A stretch of 64,000 nt of DNA from Chloroflexota bacterium (GTDB taxonomy: Bacteria; Chloroflexota; Anaerolineae; J102), in the NCBI GenBank assembly GCA_013151415.1, contig JAADII010000116.1, positions 24,512 to 88,511 on the forward strand. The letters are read 5' to 3'. Shown one piece after another: positions 27,426 to 36,871 of this stretch. Below the pieces are notes generated by a model that did no database searches, was not told where the DNA came from, and was given only the letters and a program-made list of their open reading frames with translations. The first letter of the stretch is position 1; each line of letters starts with the position of its first letter. The translations under genes and the position numbers were made by a program.

Positions 27426-28517
27426 TTAGGATTCAGAGTCGCCCGTTGGTTGGCGATGGTTGGTCTGCTCATGCACATAATCCACGAGCCGCTTCACATG
27501 GTCGCGAGGCGTGGTGGGGAGAATGCCGTGCCCGAGATTGAAAATGTGCCCTGGCCGACCGTTGGCCCGATTGAGCACATCATCGATTCGCGCCCGCAGT
27601 TCGGGCCAGGGGGCCATCAGGGCTATGGGATCAAGGTTGCCCTGGATGGCTTTTTCCTCGCCGATGCGCGTCCAGAACCAATCCAACGGCATGCGCCAGT
27701 CCACGCCGATGACATCGCCGCCGCAAGCCGCGACATCGTCGATATAGGCCGCGGTTCCGGCGCTGAAGTTGATGATGGGGACGTTGGCTTGCTGCAAAGT
27801 GCGGAAGAGTTCGACATTGTACGGGCGAACATAGCGCAAATAATCGGCCTGGCTTAAGGCCGCGCCCGCCCACGAATCGAAGACTTGCAGGGCCGACGCG
27901 CCGGCTTCCACCTGTTTGAGCAGGTAATCGGCCTGCACCGTGACCAATTTTTTCATCAGGCGACCCCAGGCTTCGGGTTCGCGCATCATCAGGCTCTTGG
28001 TCTTGGCGTAGGTCTTGGAGCCGCGGCCTTCGATGGCGTAACTGGCCAGAGTGAACGGCGCGCCGGCAAAGCCGATGAGCGGGATGCCGCGCGAGGTGAG
28101 CTCTTCGCTTGCAAGCCGGATCGCGGTCAGGGTGTACCGAAGGATCGTCTGTTCGGCTGGAGGCGTGGATAGCCGCTCGATGTCGTAAATGGTGGAGATG
28201 GGATTGTCGAGCAAGGGGCCAATGCCCGGCACGAAATCGAGATTCAGCCCCATGCCCACCAAAGGCGGGAGAATGTCGGCGAAGATGATGGCCGCGTCCA
28301 GATCGAAGGCCTCGATGGGTTGTAAGGTCACCTCGGCCGCGAGCTCGGGCGTGGTGATCATGTCCATCATGCTGTATCGCGCTCGCAACTCGCGATATTC
28401 GTGCATGTATCGCCCGGCCTGGCGCATCAGCCAAACCGGCGTGTGAGCCGCGCGCTCGCGACGACATGCTTGCAGAAAAGGGGAGTTTTCAAGTGATGAG
28501 GCCATGTTCATATTCAT
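27426..28517 (-). CDS. hemE: Uroporphyrinogen decarboxylase
   Basis: [17 protein letters not shown] signature near the N-terminus, over full length. Confidence 0.9.
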   Translation of the reverse strand: MNMNMASSLENSPFLQACRRERAAHTPVWLMRQAGRYMHEYRELRARYSMMDMITTPELAAEVTLQPIEAFDLDAAIIFADILPPLVGMGLNLDFVPGIGPLLDNPISTIYDIERLSTPPAEQTILRYTLTAIRLASEELTSRGIPLIGFAGAPFTLASYAIEGRGSKTYAKTKSLMMREPEAWGRLMKKLVTVQADYLLKQVEAGASALQVFDSWAGAALSQADYLRYVRPYNVELFRTLQQANVPIINFSAGTAAYIDDVAACGGDVIGVDWRMPLDWFWTRIGEEKAIQGNLDPIALMAPWPELRARIDDVLNRANGRPGHIFNLGHGILPTTPRDHVKRLVDYVHEQTNHRQPTGDSES

Positions 28518-29554
28518 TCTTCGTGCAGCCAGCGGGCCGCGTCTTTGGCGTGATAGGTGAGAATAAGGTCTGCGCCGGCGCGCTTGATGCCGAGCAGGGT
28601 TTCCAATGTCACTTTCCGCTCGTCCAGCCAGCCCCTGGCCGCGGCCGCTTTGATCATGGCGTACTCACCGCTGACGTTATACGCAGCCAGCGGCAATTGT
28701 GGGAAGGCCGCTTTCACGCGCGCGATGACATCGAGATAAGCCAGGGCGGGCTTGACCATGAGAAAATCGGCGCCCTCCTCCACATCCAGCCCGGCCTCGC
28801 GGAGGGCTTCGCGCGCGTTGGCCGGGTCCATCTGGTGAGATTTGCGATCTCCGAACTGGGGCGCGCCCTCGGCCGCATCGCGAAACGGCCCATAAAACGC
28901 GGACGCGTATTTCACCGCATAGGACATGATGGCGATGTGTTGGAAGCCGTCATCATCCAACGCCCCGCGAATGGCCTGCACCATGCCATCCATCATGCCG
29001 CTGGGCGCGACGATGTCCGCGCCGGCATTGGCATGGGAAACCGCCACTCGACCCAGGATGTCGAGCGTGTCATCGTTCATGATCTCGCCATCCAGGTCGA
29101 GCAGGCCGCAATGCCCGTGGTCGGTGTATTCGCACAGGCACACATCGGTGATGACCACAAGTTCGGGCGCGGCCTGCTTGAGCTCGCGTATGGCCTGCTG
29201 CACGATGCCATCCTCCGCGAAGTTCTCCTGGCCCACCGGGTCTTTGCTCGCGGGGATGCCAAAGAGAATAACCGCGGGAATGCCCAGGCTGAGAATCTCT
29301 TCGGCCTCCGCGGCCAGTTGGTCGATGGAGAGTCGAAACTGGCCGGGCATGGAGGGGATGGGATGGCGCACCCCGCGGCCATGTTGGACGAAAAGAGGAT
29401 AAATGAAATCCGCGGGATTCAATTCGGTCTCGCGCACCATGCGTCGCAATGGTTCGCTGCGACGCAACCGGCGCGGACGGATGGGGAGATTGTATGTGAT
29501 CCACATAAGCTGAAATCGAGTTACTAATGAGATGACAAGATCGATGCTGGCCAA
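28514..29554 (-). CDS. hemB: Porphobilinogen synthase (delta-aminolevulinic acid dehydratase)
   Basis: [21 protein letters not shown]-terminus, an active-site Lys context, and the metal-binding Cys cluster [14 protein letters not shown]. Confidence 0.95.
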   Translation of the reverse strand: MASIDLVISLVTRFQLMWITYNLPIRPRRLRRSEPLRRMVRETELNPADFIYPLFVQHGRGVRHPIPSMPGQFRLSIDQLAAEAEEILSLGIPAVILFGIPASKDPVGQENFAEDGIVQQAIRELKQAAPELVVITDVCLCEYTDHGHCGLLDLDGEIMNDDTLDILGRVAVSHANAGADIVAPSGMMDGMVQAIRGALDDDGFQHIAIMSYAVKYASAFYGPFRDAAEGAPQFGDRKSHQMDPANAREALREAGLDVEEGADFLMVKPALAYLDVIARVKAAFPQLPLAAYNVSGEYAMIKAAAARGWLDERKVTLETLLGIKRAGADLILTYHAKDAARWLHEE

Positions 29555-29595
29555 AGTAATCCCACACTTCCAGGTGGGGCATTTAAGACCAAATA

Positions 29596-29604
29596 TGCTA
29601 GAAT
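29596..29604 (+). promoter_or_regulatory. Candidate extended -10 element (TGcTAGAAT) only 7 nt upstream of the PIN-gene ATG; the transcript may be near-leaderless
   Basis: TG at 29596-29597 and TAGAAT at 29599-29604, with the ATG at 29612. No clear -35 was found. Confidence 0.3.
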
Positions 29605-29611
29605 TGTCAGT

Positions 29612-30064
29612 ATGAAACGGGTCTATCTCGATTTATGCGCCATTCAGCGACCGCTCGATACGCCGAAGCATATTCGGATCATCCTTGAGTCTGAAGCAAT
29701 TCTTGGCATCTTGCGATTTTGCGAGCTCGGCGAGATCGAAATCGTGTCTTCTGACGCACTGGTCTACGAGGCCCAACGCAATCCGCTGGCGCTACGTCGA
29801 GAGCACGCCTTTTCTGTACTGGAAAAGGCTAAGGAACACGTTTCAATCGGAACGCGGAGTGAGCAACGCGCTCAAGAATTCTTGACTCGTGGTCTTAAGC
29901 CATTGGATGCTTTGCACCTGGCGCTGGCCGAAAAAGCCGGAGTCGATTATTTTTGCACTTGCGATGACCGTTTTTTACGAAAGGCCAGGAGAATGCAAGA
30001 CCTTTCTGTTATGGTAGTTTCTCCACTCGAGTTGATCGAAGAGGTGGAAACTTATGGTGATTGA
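29612..30064 (+). CDS. PIN-domain protein (VapC-like predicted ribonuclease)
   Basis: Acidic residues at canonical PIN spacing: D7 in VYLDLCAI, E in ILESEA, D in [13 protein letters not shown], and the C-terminal TCDDRF motif. GC is noticeably lower than in the flanking hem genes. Confidence 0.6.
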   Translation: MKRVYLDLCAIQRPLDTPKHIRIILESEAILGILRFCELGEIEIVSSDALVYEAQRNPLALRREHAFSVLEKAKEHVSIGTRSEQRAQEFLTRGLKPLDALHLALAEKAGVDYFCTCDDRFLRKARRMQDLSVMVVSPLELIEEVETYGD

Positions 30065-30278
30065 AACTAAACCTCTCATAGACGTGAATCGGCGAGCCAT
30101 TCATCTGCTTTACAAGGAGCTCGGCATCGTGGATGCGGTCCGCTTTATGCGGCAGTTTGCGGTGGGTTTTGGCGACTACACCGAAGAACGCGACATCCTC
30201 TTTGCAGATCAGAGCCTGGAGGACATCCTGGCCGAAATCGCCGCAAGAAGAAGCGATGTCTCCGTTGTTAAAGAGTAG
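30054..30278 (+). CDS. Small protein (74 aa) overlapping the PIN gene by 11 nt; putative cognate partner (antitoxin-like or DUF433-like) of unknown function
   Basis: ATG at 30054 lies inside the last codons of the PIN ORF. The C-terminal LEDILAEIAA resembles a DUF433-like helical tail. No confident family assignment. Confidence 0.35.
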   Translation: MVIETKPLIDVNRRAIHLLYKELGIVDAVRFMRQFAVGFGDYTEERDILFADQSLEDILAEIAARRSDVSVVKE

Positions 30279-30280
30279 AT

Positions 30281-31060
30281 TTACTCGGCGCTTACAGCAG
30301 TAAAATATGCAGCCAGGGCCTGGACAAGGTGGGGCATGGTGTGACGCGTGGGAACGACGTGGACGGGCAAGCCGACCGCTCGGCACGCGCGCGCGGTAGT
30401 CGGGCCGATGCAGGCGATGACCGCGTCGCGCGTGATTTTCTGAATGAGCGGTTCGGGTTTGGTGATGTCAAGAAAATGGTGAACCGCGGAGGGGCTGGCG
30501 AAGATGATGGCGTCGAAACCGCTTGCCAGGCGGGCGAGAGCCGCTGGATCGGGTGAAGGGGGTGCAGCATCGTAAAGGGGGATGTCGTCCACCTGCGCCC
30601 CGCGGCGACGAAGAATCTCAATGATTTCGGGCCGTCCCTTGCGCGAGCGGGGAAGCAGAACGCGACGACCGCGCACATCACCCAGGCCGCGGGCCAGGGC
30701 TTCGCCCGTGAATTTATCGGGGATGAAATCAACGCGCACCCCGCGCGCTTCCAAGAGTTGGGCCGTGGCCGCGCCCACCGCAGCCACTTTTGGGCCGTTC
30801 GTCCTCCTTGAAACTTGCCCCTGCCCCAAATTTTCGGCAAAGAAGCGCACCGCGTTGGCGCTGCTAAAGATCACCCAATCATAATCAGCCAGATGCGGTC
30901 TGACCCGCTTGAGCTCAGGTGAATCGAGGGCGATGAAAGTGATGGCGGGAAAGAGAATAGCTTCCGCGCCCAGGGCCTCGAGCAAAGCTTTTGTTTCAAC
31001 GGCCTGCTCTGCGCTACGCGTGATCACGACCCGGCGGTTGGTCAAGGGTTTAGCGCTCAT
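30281..31060 (-). CDS. hemD: Uroporphyrinogen-III synthase
   Basis: Start trimmed to MSAKPLTNRRVVITRSAEQAVETKALLEALGAEAI (the track ORF extends upstream into hemC). HemD-like two-lobe pattern with VAAVGAATAQLL and IACIGPTTA. Confidence 0.8.
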   Translation of the reverse strand: MSAKPLTNRRVVITRSAEQAVETKALLEALGAEAILFPAITFIALDSPELKRVRPHLADYDWVIFSSANAVRFFAENLGQGQVSRRTNGPKVAAVGAATAQLLEARGVRVDFIPDKFTGEALARGLGDVRGRRVLLPRSRKGRPEIIEILRRRGAQVDDIPLYDAAPPSPDPAALARLASGFDAIIFASPSAVHHFLDITKPEPLIQKITRDAVIACIGPTTARACRAVGLPVHVVPTRHTMPHLVQALAAYFTAVSAE

Positions 31061-31976
31061 AAACCAGCAACTCCTTTGCGCCTTGCTCGAGCGCTTGTTG
31101 AGCCATGCGACGGCCCAAGGCCTCGGCGTCCGATCCGCTCCCCTCCACCCGCACCACGGCCCCGCCATCCACGGCCGCGACCAGGGCGGTGAGATGGATT
31201 TCACGATTCGGCGGAGGCGCGTACGCGGCCACGGGCGTGGAGCATCCCGCGCCCAACGCATGCATGAACGCGCGCTCGGCCACCACCGCGGCCTCCACTT
31301 CGGGCTGATGGATGGCCTGCAAGATGCGCCGCGTGCGTTCGTCGTCGCCGCGACACTGCACGGCCAGCGCGCCCTGACCCGGCGCGGGCAACATCAACCC
31401 CAGCGGAAGGCGCTGACGGATATGGCGCTCGAGACCCAACCGCTCGAGACCGGCCGCGGCCATGATCGCGGCGTCGTATTGGCCTTCCATCACTTTGCGC
31501 ACGCGGGTCTCCACATTGCCGCGGATGGATTTCACCTGCAAATCAGGGCGATGATGCAAAATTTGCGCCTGTCGCCGCAAGCTGCTGGTCCCCACCACCG
31601 AGCCGGGCGGCAACGTCTCCAACGTCCACGGCTCCCGCGCCACCAACACATCCCGCACATCGGCTCGCCCCACCAGCGCGCCCAACACCAGCCCCTGGGC
31701 ATTCTCCACAGGCAAATCTTTGAGCGAGTGCACGGCCAGGTCGATCTCGCCCTCTCGCAACGCGCGCTCCAATTCCTGCGTAAAAAGTCCCTTGCCGCCG
31801 ATTTTGGGCAAGGCCAGATGAAGCGTCTTGTCACCCCGGGTGACGAAAGGTCGCGTCCGGCATTCGATCTCCGGCCAGGCGCGACCGATTAGCTCGATGA
31901 TGTGGTTCGTTTGCCACATCGCCAGCTTCGATGTGCGGGTTCCGATGATGAGGGCGGTTTTCATGGAAAAAGACAA
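31050..31976 (-). CDS. hemC: Hydroxymethylbilane synthase (porphobilinogen deaminase)
   Basis: IGTRTSKLAMWQT...VHSLKDLP...GTSSLRR...RGNVETR canonical motifs. Confidence 0.95.
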   Translation of the reverse strand: MSFSMKTALIIGTRTSKLAMWQTNHIIELIGRAWPEIECRTRPFVTRGDKTLHLALPKIGGKGLFTQELERALREGEIDLAVHSLKDLPVENAQGLVLGALVGRADVRDVLVAREPWTLETLPPGSVVGTSSLRRQAQILHHRPDLQVKSIRGNVETRVRKVMEGQYDAAIMAAAGLERLGLERHIRQRLPLGLMLPAPGQGALAVQCRGDDERTRRILQAIHQPEVEAAVVAERAFMHALGAGCSTPVAAYAPPPNREIHLTALVAAVDGGAVVRVEGSGSDAEALGRRMAQQALEQGAKELLVYER

Positions 31977-32043
31977 AAATTCGTGTTAATTCGTTTCATT
32001 CGGGTCAAAAAAATCAAGGGCAATTTCGTCAGAGCGCGGGTTC

Positions 32044-33297
32044 TTAACTCAACCCAAAAAGTTCGCGCACGGTTTGTTCGTATGGCTCGATCTCTCCGAG
32101 TGCGGCTTTCTGGCGCAATCTGACGGTGGGTTCATGCAAAAGTTTGTTCATTAGGGCCTGGGAAAAATATTGAAGCTGGCGGCGAGTGGGTTCATCCACC
32201 TCGCCCAGATAGCGCATGGTGCGTTCTAGCTCGTAATGTCGGATAGCCTCGGCTTTTTCGCGTAATTCGCGGATAAGTGGACGAATGGCCAGCTCGCGTA
32301 ATTCCACGGTCAGCTTGGCCATTTCTTCGTCGATGATCGCTTCGACCGCGGGCGCGCACCGTTGCCGAGCGGCCAGACCTTGATCCACCTGCTGTTTGAG
32401 CTGATCGATGCCGATAAGATGGAAGCCGTCGATGTCTGCGGCGTTCGCAGCGATGTTTTGAGGAACGGCAATGTCGACAGCCGCAAGAGGGCGGCCTTGC
32501 CGACGCTTCATCACCCTTTCGAGCAGCCCGCGGTCAATAAGCGGTTCGGGCGAGGCGGCCGCGGTGAGGGCCACATCAGCCCAAACAAGGGCTTCTTCCA
32601 GTTGGTCCAGCCCCCACAGCCGATGGCCATGTTCGAGCGCTTCCGCGCGAGCGCGTTCGGGGCGACGGTTGACAATGCCGATCGTACGCACCCCGCGGCC
32701 GCGCAAGGATTTTAAGCCCAGGCGACCCATTTCACCATAACCCACCACCAGGCCGCGCGCGGCTTGTGGTTTGTCCACGCTTGCAAGCAGGGCCTGAATG
32801 GCCACCGAGCTCATGCTAACGGGATGGCGGCTGATCGCGGTTTCGTTACGAGCGCGTTTGCCCGCGCGCACCGCGGCGCGAAAGATCGCGTTCAGTTGCG
32901 GACAAATGGTTTTTTGCGAGATGGCCGTTTCCCAGGCGTCGGTCACCTGTCCCAATATTTGCGATTCGCCCAAGACCATGGATTCCAACCCCGCGGCCAC
33001 GCGCATTAGGTGCTTTTGGGCCTCTTCTCCTCGGAAAATGCGTCCGTTTTCCTGCAATGTTTGCAGCGGGATTCCTGTGATGTCTGCGATCTCGGTTAGG
33101 AGCGCATTGGGCGAAACAGGAAAGCGCTCTTCATTAATATATAATTCGGCCCGGTTGCAGGTGATCAGGCTCACATAACCTATCTGAACCCGACGCTTAT
33201 CGCAAACTTGGGCGATGGCTCGGGCGATGTCGGCCCGTTGTTCGACGGCCGCGGTTTGATAGGCCCAACTGAGACAGAAAACGGTGGATGAGGGCAT
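32044..33297 (-). CDS. hemA: Glutamyl-tRNA reductase
   Basis: The LITCNRAELY catalytic Cys motif, an NADPH-binding GxGxxG (VVGYGEMGRLG), and a dimerisation helix over full length. Confidence 0.9.
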   Translation of the reverse strand: MPSSTVFCLSWAYQTAAVEQRADIARAIAQVCDKRRVQIGYVSLITCNRAELYINEERFPVSPNALLTEIADITGIPLQTLQENGRIFRGEEAQKHLMRVAAGLESMVLGESQILGQVTDAWETAISQKTICPQLNAIFRAAVRAGKRARNETAISRHPVSMSSVAIQALLASVDKPQAARGLVVGYGEMGRLGLKSLRGRGVRTIGIVNRRPERARAEALEHGHRLWGLDQLEEALVWADVALTAAASPEPLIDRGLLERVMKRRQGRPLAAVDIAVPQNIAANAADIDGFHLIGIDQLKQQVDQGLAARQRCAPAVEAIIDEEMAKLTVELRELAIRPLIRELREKAEAIRHYELERTMRYLGEVDEPTRRQLQYFSQALMNKLLHEPTVRLRQKAALGEIEPYEQTVRELFGLS

Positions 33298-33858
33298 AAG
33301 GCGTATGACAATATAAGCGGTGGTGAGCGAAATGTTGCGCAGTCTCGCCCCACCTTATGCCATTCCCGGTCAAATTGTATATGATCTATGTCACATTTTC
33401 GTACTTTTTTATAGATTTCTGTAGATTTCTAATCGCGATTTCATCTCATTGGCTCGATCTCGCCCCTCGGATGCCGGCGCATGCCGTAGCTGGCTCCACA
33501 TATGCGCGATGACCAGGCCATGATTCAGCTTGTTTTACAGCCATCACTCGGCCAGTAAAAGGCTCCTCTGGCTTTGGTCATGAACACGCGATCTCAGCAG
33601 GCTCTCAATCGCCATCCAGTCACATCGACGATGGGTGAGGCAACTCAACCGCCTTCACCGGCGCGCGAACGTCAAGATTTGGATAATGAAAGAGGGCGAA
33701 CCAGGCCAAATCATGATAGAACAGAAGGCATCGCTCTCGCAACCCCTGCCGGTTGCAAATAATGGTGCGCCGCGCTCTCTTTGATTTGGTTGGATCGTTT
33801 TGTGATTGGTTTCTGCATTACAAAACTGGTGGCGACTCGCTTTTTCCAACAAGGGGAG

Positions 33859-33888
33859 TTGACGAGCGGGCAAGCCTCGTGATAGAAT
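33859..33888 (+). promoter_or_regulatory. Candidate sigma-70 promoter of the nuo operon (TTGACG, 18 nt, extended TGaTAGAAT)
   Basis: -35 TTGACG at 33859-33864, TG at 33880-33881, and -10 TAGAAT at 33883-33888, about 55 nt upstream of the nuoA ATG. Confidence 0.35.
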
Positions 33889-33941
33889 CCACGAACTTGT
33901 AGCAAGCATCACAACTCATCTCTTCCAACAGGGTTGTCCTC

Positions 33942-34298
33942 ATGGTTCTTGACTACCTACCCCTGCTCATCCTTTTCATTATTGCCGCCGGATTCGCGGC
34001 CATTGCCATCATTCTTCCCACGGTGCTCGGCCCGCGAAACCCCAACAAAATGAAGCAGGAACCCATCGAATCGGGCATGATCCCCTTCATGCAGGCGTGG
34101 CGTCGCTTTCCCGTGCAATATTACATGGTGGCGATGCTTTTCATCATCTTCGATATCGAGGTGATCTTTTTCTATCCCTGGGCCGTGGTGTTGGGCAAAT
34201 TAAAACTCTTTGGCTTGATCGAGATGGCCATCTTCTTGGGCATCTTGCTCATCGGCTATTTCTATGTTTGGCGCAAAGGCGCGTTCGAGTGGCAATAG
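33942..34298 (+). CDS. nuoA: NADH-quinone oxidoreductase subunit A
   Basis: 118 aa with 3 TM helices and the conserved FFYPWA pattern. Confidence 0.9.
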   Translation: MVLDYLPLLILFIIAAGFAAIAIILPTVLGPRNPNKMKQEPIESGMIPFMQAWRRFPVQYYMVAMLFIIFDIEVIFFYPWAVVLGKLKLFGLIEMAIFLGILLIGYFYVWRKGAFEWQ

Positions 34299-34307
34299 GA
34301 GCAACTC

Positions 34308-34844
34308 ATGGGTCTCGAAACTCATTTATCCAATAGTGGCGTGATCACCACCTCGCTGGAATATATGGTCAACTGGAGTCGGCGCAACTCGGTCTGGCCC
34401 CTGTTGTTCGGCCTGGCCTGCTGCGCCATCGAGATGATCACCACCGGCACCGCGCGGCACGACATCGCCCGTTTTGGCAGCGAGCTTTTCCGCGGGTCTC
34501 CGCGGCAAGCCGATTTGATGATTGTGGCCGGTCGGGTGAGCAACAAGATGGCGCCGGTGATCAAACGTCTTTACGACCAGATGCCCGAACCCAAATGGGT
34601 TATCGCCATGGGCATTTGCGCCAGCGCGGGCGGGCCATTCAACAACTACGCCATCGTGCAGGGCGTGGACAAGATCATCCCGGTCGATGTCTATGTGCCC
34701 GGCTGCCCTCCCCGCCCCGAAGCCCTGCTCTACGCGCTGACCCAGCTCCAGGCCAAAATCGATAAAGAAAAGCTCACCGACCACAACGCCACCCCCGAAC
34801 CGGTCGCGCCCGACATCGTAGCCGACCTCCCGCCGTTACCTTAA
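34308..34844 (+). CDS. nuoB: NADH-quinone oxidoreductase subunit B (N2 cluster subunit)
   Basis: CCAIEM...GxC...CPP cysteine motifs ([27 protein letters not shown]). Confidence 0.95.
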   Translation: MGLETHLSNSGVITTSLEYMVNWSRRNSVWPLLFGLACCAIEMITTGTARHDIARFGSELFRGSPRQADLMIVAGRVSNKMAPVIKRLYDQMPEPKWVIAMGICASAGGPFNNYAIVQGVDKIIPVDVYVPGCPPRPEALLYALTQLQAKIDKEKLTDHNATPEPVAPDIVADLPPLP

Positions 34845-35018
34845 TAGATACTGGATAGTAGATACTGGATAGTTAGATACTGGATAATAGATATTGGGTA
34901 TTGGATAGTAAATGTTCGATATGAGTACGAAAAGCCCACTACCATCACAATATCCAATACCTAATACCTAATATCCCAAATACCCAATATCCAATACCCA
35001 AACACCCAAAACCCACCC
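34845..35018. repeat. AT-rich imperfect palindromic intergenic element (TAGATACTGGATAG tandem units on the left arm, TATCCAATACC units on the right arm) between nuoB and nuoCD
   Basis: Left arm tagatactggatag occurs 3 times in tandem; the right arm carries inverse complements. GC is about 30%, versus more than 60% in the flanking genes. Confidence 0.6.
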
Positions 35019-36761
35019 ATGCTCGACCCCATCGTTTCTCTCCGCGAAGCGTTTCCCGACGACGTATTGGATAGCAAGGTCTATCGCCAGACGCCCATCG
35101 TCACCGTGCGGGCGGATAAGCTGCTCGAGGTGATGCGCTTTCTGCGCGATGACCTGAAATACAACCTGCTCAGCGATCTCACGGTCGTCGATAATCTTCA
35201 TCTGCCCGAATTCAACGGCTCGGACGCGCGTTTCGTGGGCGTGTACCAATTGCGCAGCATCGAGCGCGACGGCGAATTGCTGCAGATCAAAGCGCCCATG
35301 CCGGGCGGCGATAACCCGGCCATCCCCAGCGTCACCTCGCTGTGGCCGGGTGCGAACTGGTACGAACGCGAGGCGTATGATCTCTTTGGCGTGAACTACA
35401 CAGGCCATCCCGACCTGCGTCGTCTGCTCATGCCCCATGACTGGGTGGGCCATCCTTTGCGCAAGGATCAGCCTTTGGGCGGTGAAAGAGTGCCCTTCAC
35501 CCTGACCTGGGAGGACGAGGAGTTTGCGCATCTGGGCCGACAGATCATGCGGCCCTTGCAAACGCCCGAACCTGTGCCCAGCCGCATGGACACGCGGCAT
35601 ATGGTGGTGAACATGGGGCCGCAACATCCCGCAACCCACGGCGTGTTGCGCCTGATTGTGGAGCTGGACGGCGAGACCATTGTGGCCGTGGAGCCGGACA
35701 TCGGCTATCTGCACAGCGGCTTCGAGAAACAGGGCGAAAACGTCCGATACAAGGACTTCACCTATTACACCGACCGCATGGATTATGTCTCGGCCATGCA
35801 AAACAATCTGGCCTATTCGCTGGCCGTGGAGAAGCTGTTAGGGGTCGAGGCCCCGCCGCGAGCCCAAGCCATTCGCGTCATCGTGGCCGAGCTTCAACGC
35901 ATCGCCAGCCATCTGGTGTGGTTGGCGACCCACGCGTTGGACGTGGGCGGCACGGGCCTGGCGCTGCTGATGTACGCGTTTCGCGAGCGCGAGGCCATCC
36001 TCGACCTGTTCGAGATGGTGTGCGGCGCGCGGCTGACCACTTCCTATATTCAGGTGGGCGGGGTGCAGTGGGATTTGCCGCCCGCGTTCGAGCCGCGGCT
36101 GCGCGAGCTGCTGGCCATCTTGCCGGAGCGGTTCGACGAATACGAACGCATGCTCACCGACAATCCCATCTGGCGCAAGCGGCTTGAGGGCGTGGGCTAT
36201 CTCAGCGCGGAAGACGCCATCGCCATGAACGTGACCGGCCCCATGCTGCGCGGTAGCGGCGTGAAATACGACCTGCGCAAGGCCCAGCCCTACTGCAATT
36301 ACGACCAGTACGATTTCGAGATACCCTGTTACACCGAGGGCGACAGTTACGCGCGCTATTTCGTGCGCATCGAGGAGATGCGGCAATCGCGACGCATCGT
36401 CGAGCAGGCCCTGGACAATCTGCCCGATGGCGATTATCGGCTGGACGACCCCAAAATCGCGCCGCCGAAACGAGACCTCCTGGACCAGAGCATGGAGGCC
36501 CTGATCCACCATTTCAAGCTGTTCACCGAGGGCTTCCGACCGCCGGCCGGCGAGGCCTATCACGGCATTGAGGCGTCCAAGGGCGAGATGGGCGTTTATC
36601 TCGTCTCGGATGGCGGGCCAAAGCCCTACCGTTGCCGGGTGCGCACGCCCAGCTTCGCCAATCTCCAGGCCATCGAAATCATGTCCAGAGGACACCTTTT
36701 CTCCGACCTCGTCACTGTCATCGGCTCGATCGACATCGTGCTGGGTGACGTGGATAGATAG
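35019..36761 (+). CDS. nuoCD: NADH-quinone oxidoreductase subunit C/D (30-kDa and 49-kDa subunits in one ORF)
   Basis: N-terminal NuoC-like region of about 170 aa, followed by NuoD with [18 protein letters not shown] and C-terminal RxxSF..L..IE..S...L.D motifs. Listed as one ORF in the provided track; continuity not independently re-translated. Confidence 0.9.
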   Translation: MLDPIVSLREAFPDDVLDSKVYRQTPIVTVRADKLLEVMRFLRDDLKYNLLSDLTVVDNLHLPEFNGSDARFVGVYQLRSIERDGELLQIKAPMPGGDNPAIPSVTSLWPGANWYEREAYDLFGVNYTGHPDLRRLLMPHDWVGHPLRKDQPLGGERVPFTLTWEDEEFAHLGRQIMRPLQTPEPVPSRMDTRHMVVNMGPQHPATHGVLRLIVELDGETIVAVEPDIGYLHSGFEKQGENVRYKDFTYYTDRMDYVSAMQNNLAYSLAVEKLLGVEAPPRAQAIRVIVAELQRIASHLVWLATHALDVGGTGLALLMYAFREREAILDLFEMVCGARLTTSYIQVGGVQWDLPPAFEPRLRELLAILPERFDEYERMLTDNPIWRKRLEGVGYLSAEDAIAMNVTGPMLRGSGVKYDLRKAQPYCNYDQYDFEIPCYTEGDSYARYFVRIEEMRQSRRIVEQALDNLPDGDYRLDDPKIAPPKRDLLDQSMEALIHHFKLFTEGFRPPAGEAYHGIEASKGEMGVYLVSDGGPKPYRCRVRTPSFANLQAIEIMSRGHLFSDLVTVIGSIDIVLGDVDR

Positions 36762-36770
36762 GAGACGATG

Positions 36771-36806
36771 AGACGATAAGACCATCGTCCCATCGTCTTA
36801 TCGTCT
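36771..36806 (+). promoter_or_regulatory. Stable stem-loop (12-bp perfect stem AGACGATAAGAC / GTCTTATCGTCT, 12-nt loop) in the nuoCD-nuoEF spacer
   Basis: The inverted repeat is read directly from the sequence. Adjacent gacgat(g/a)aga tandem words allow alternative pairings. Confidence 0.45.
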
Positions 36807-36871
36807 GACCTCACGCGAACAAATTTCTAACCATATTCGAGACAACATTGCCCCGTTAGCAAACGTCACTC

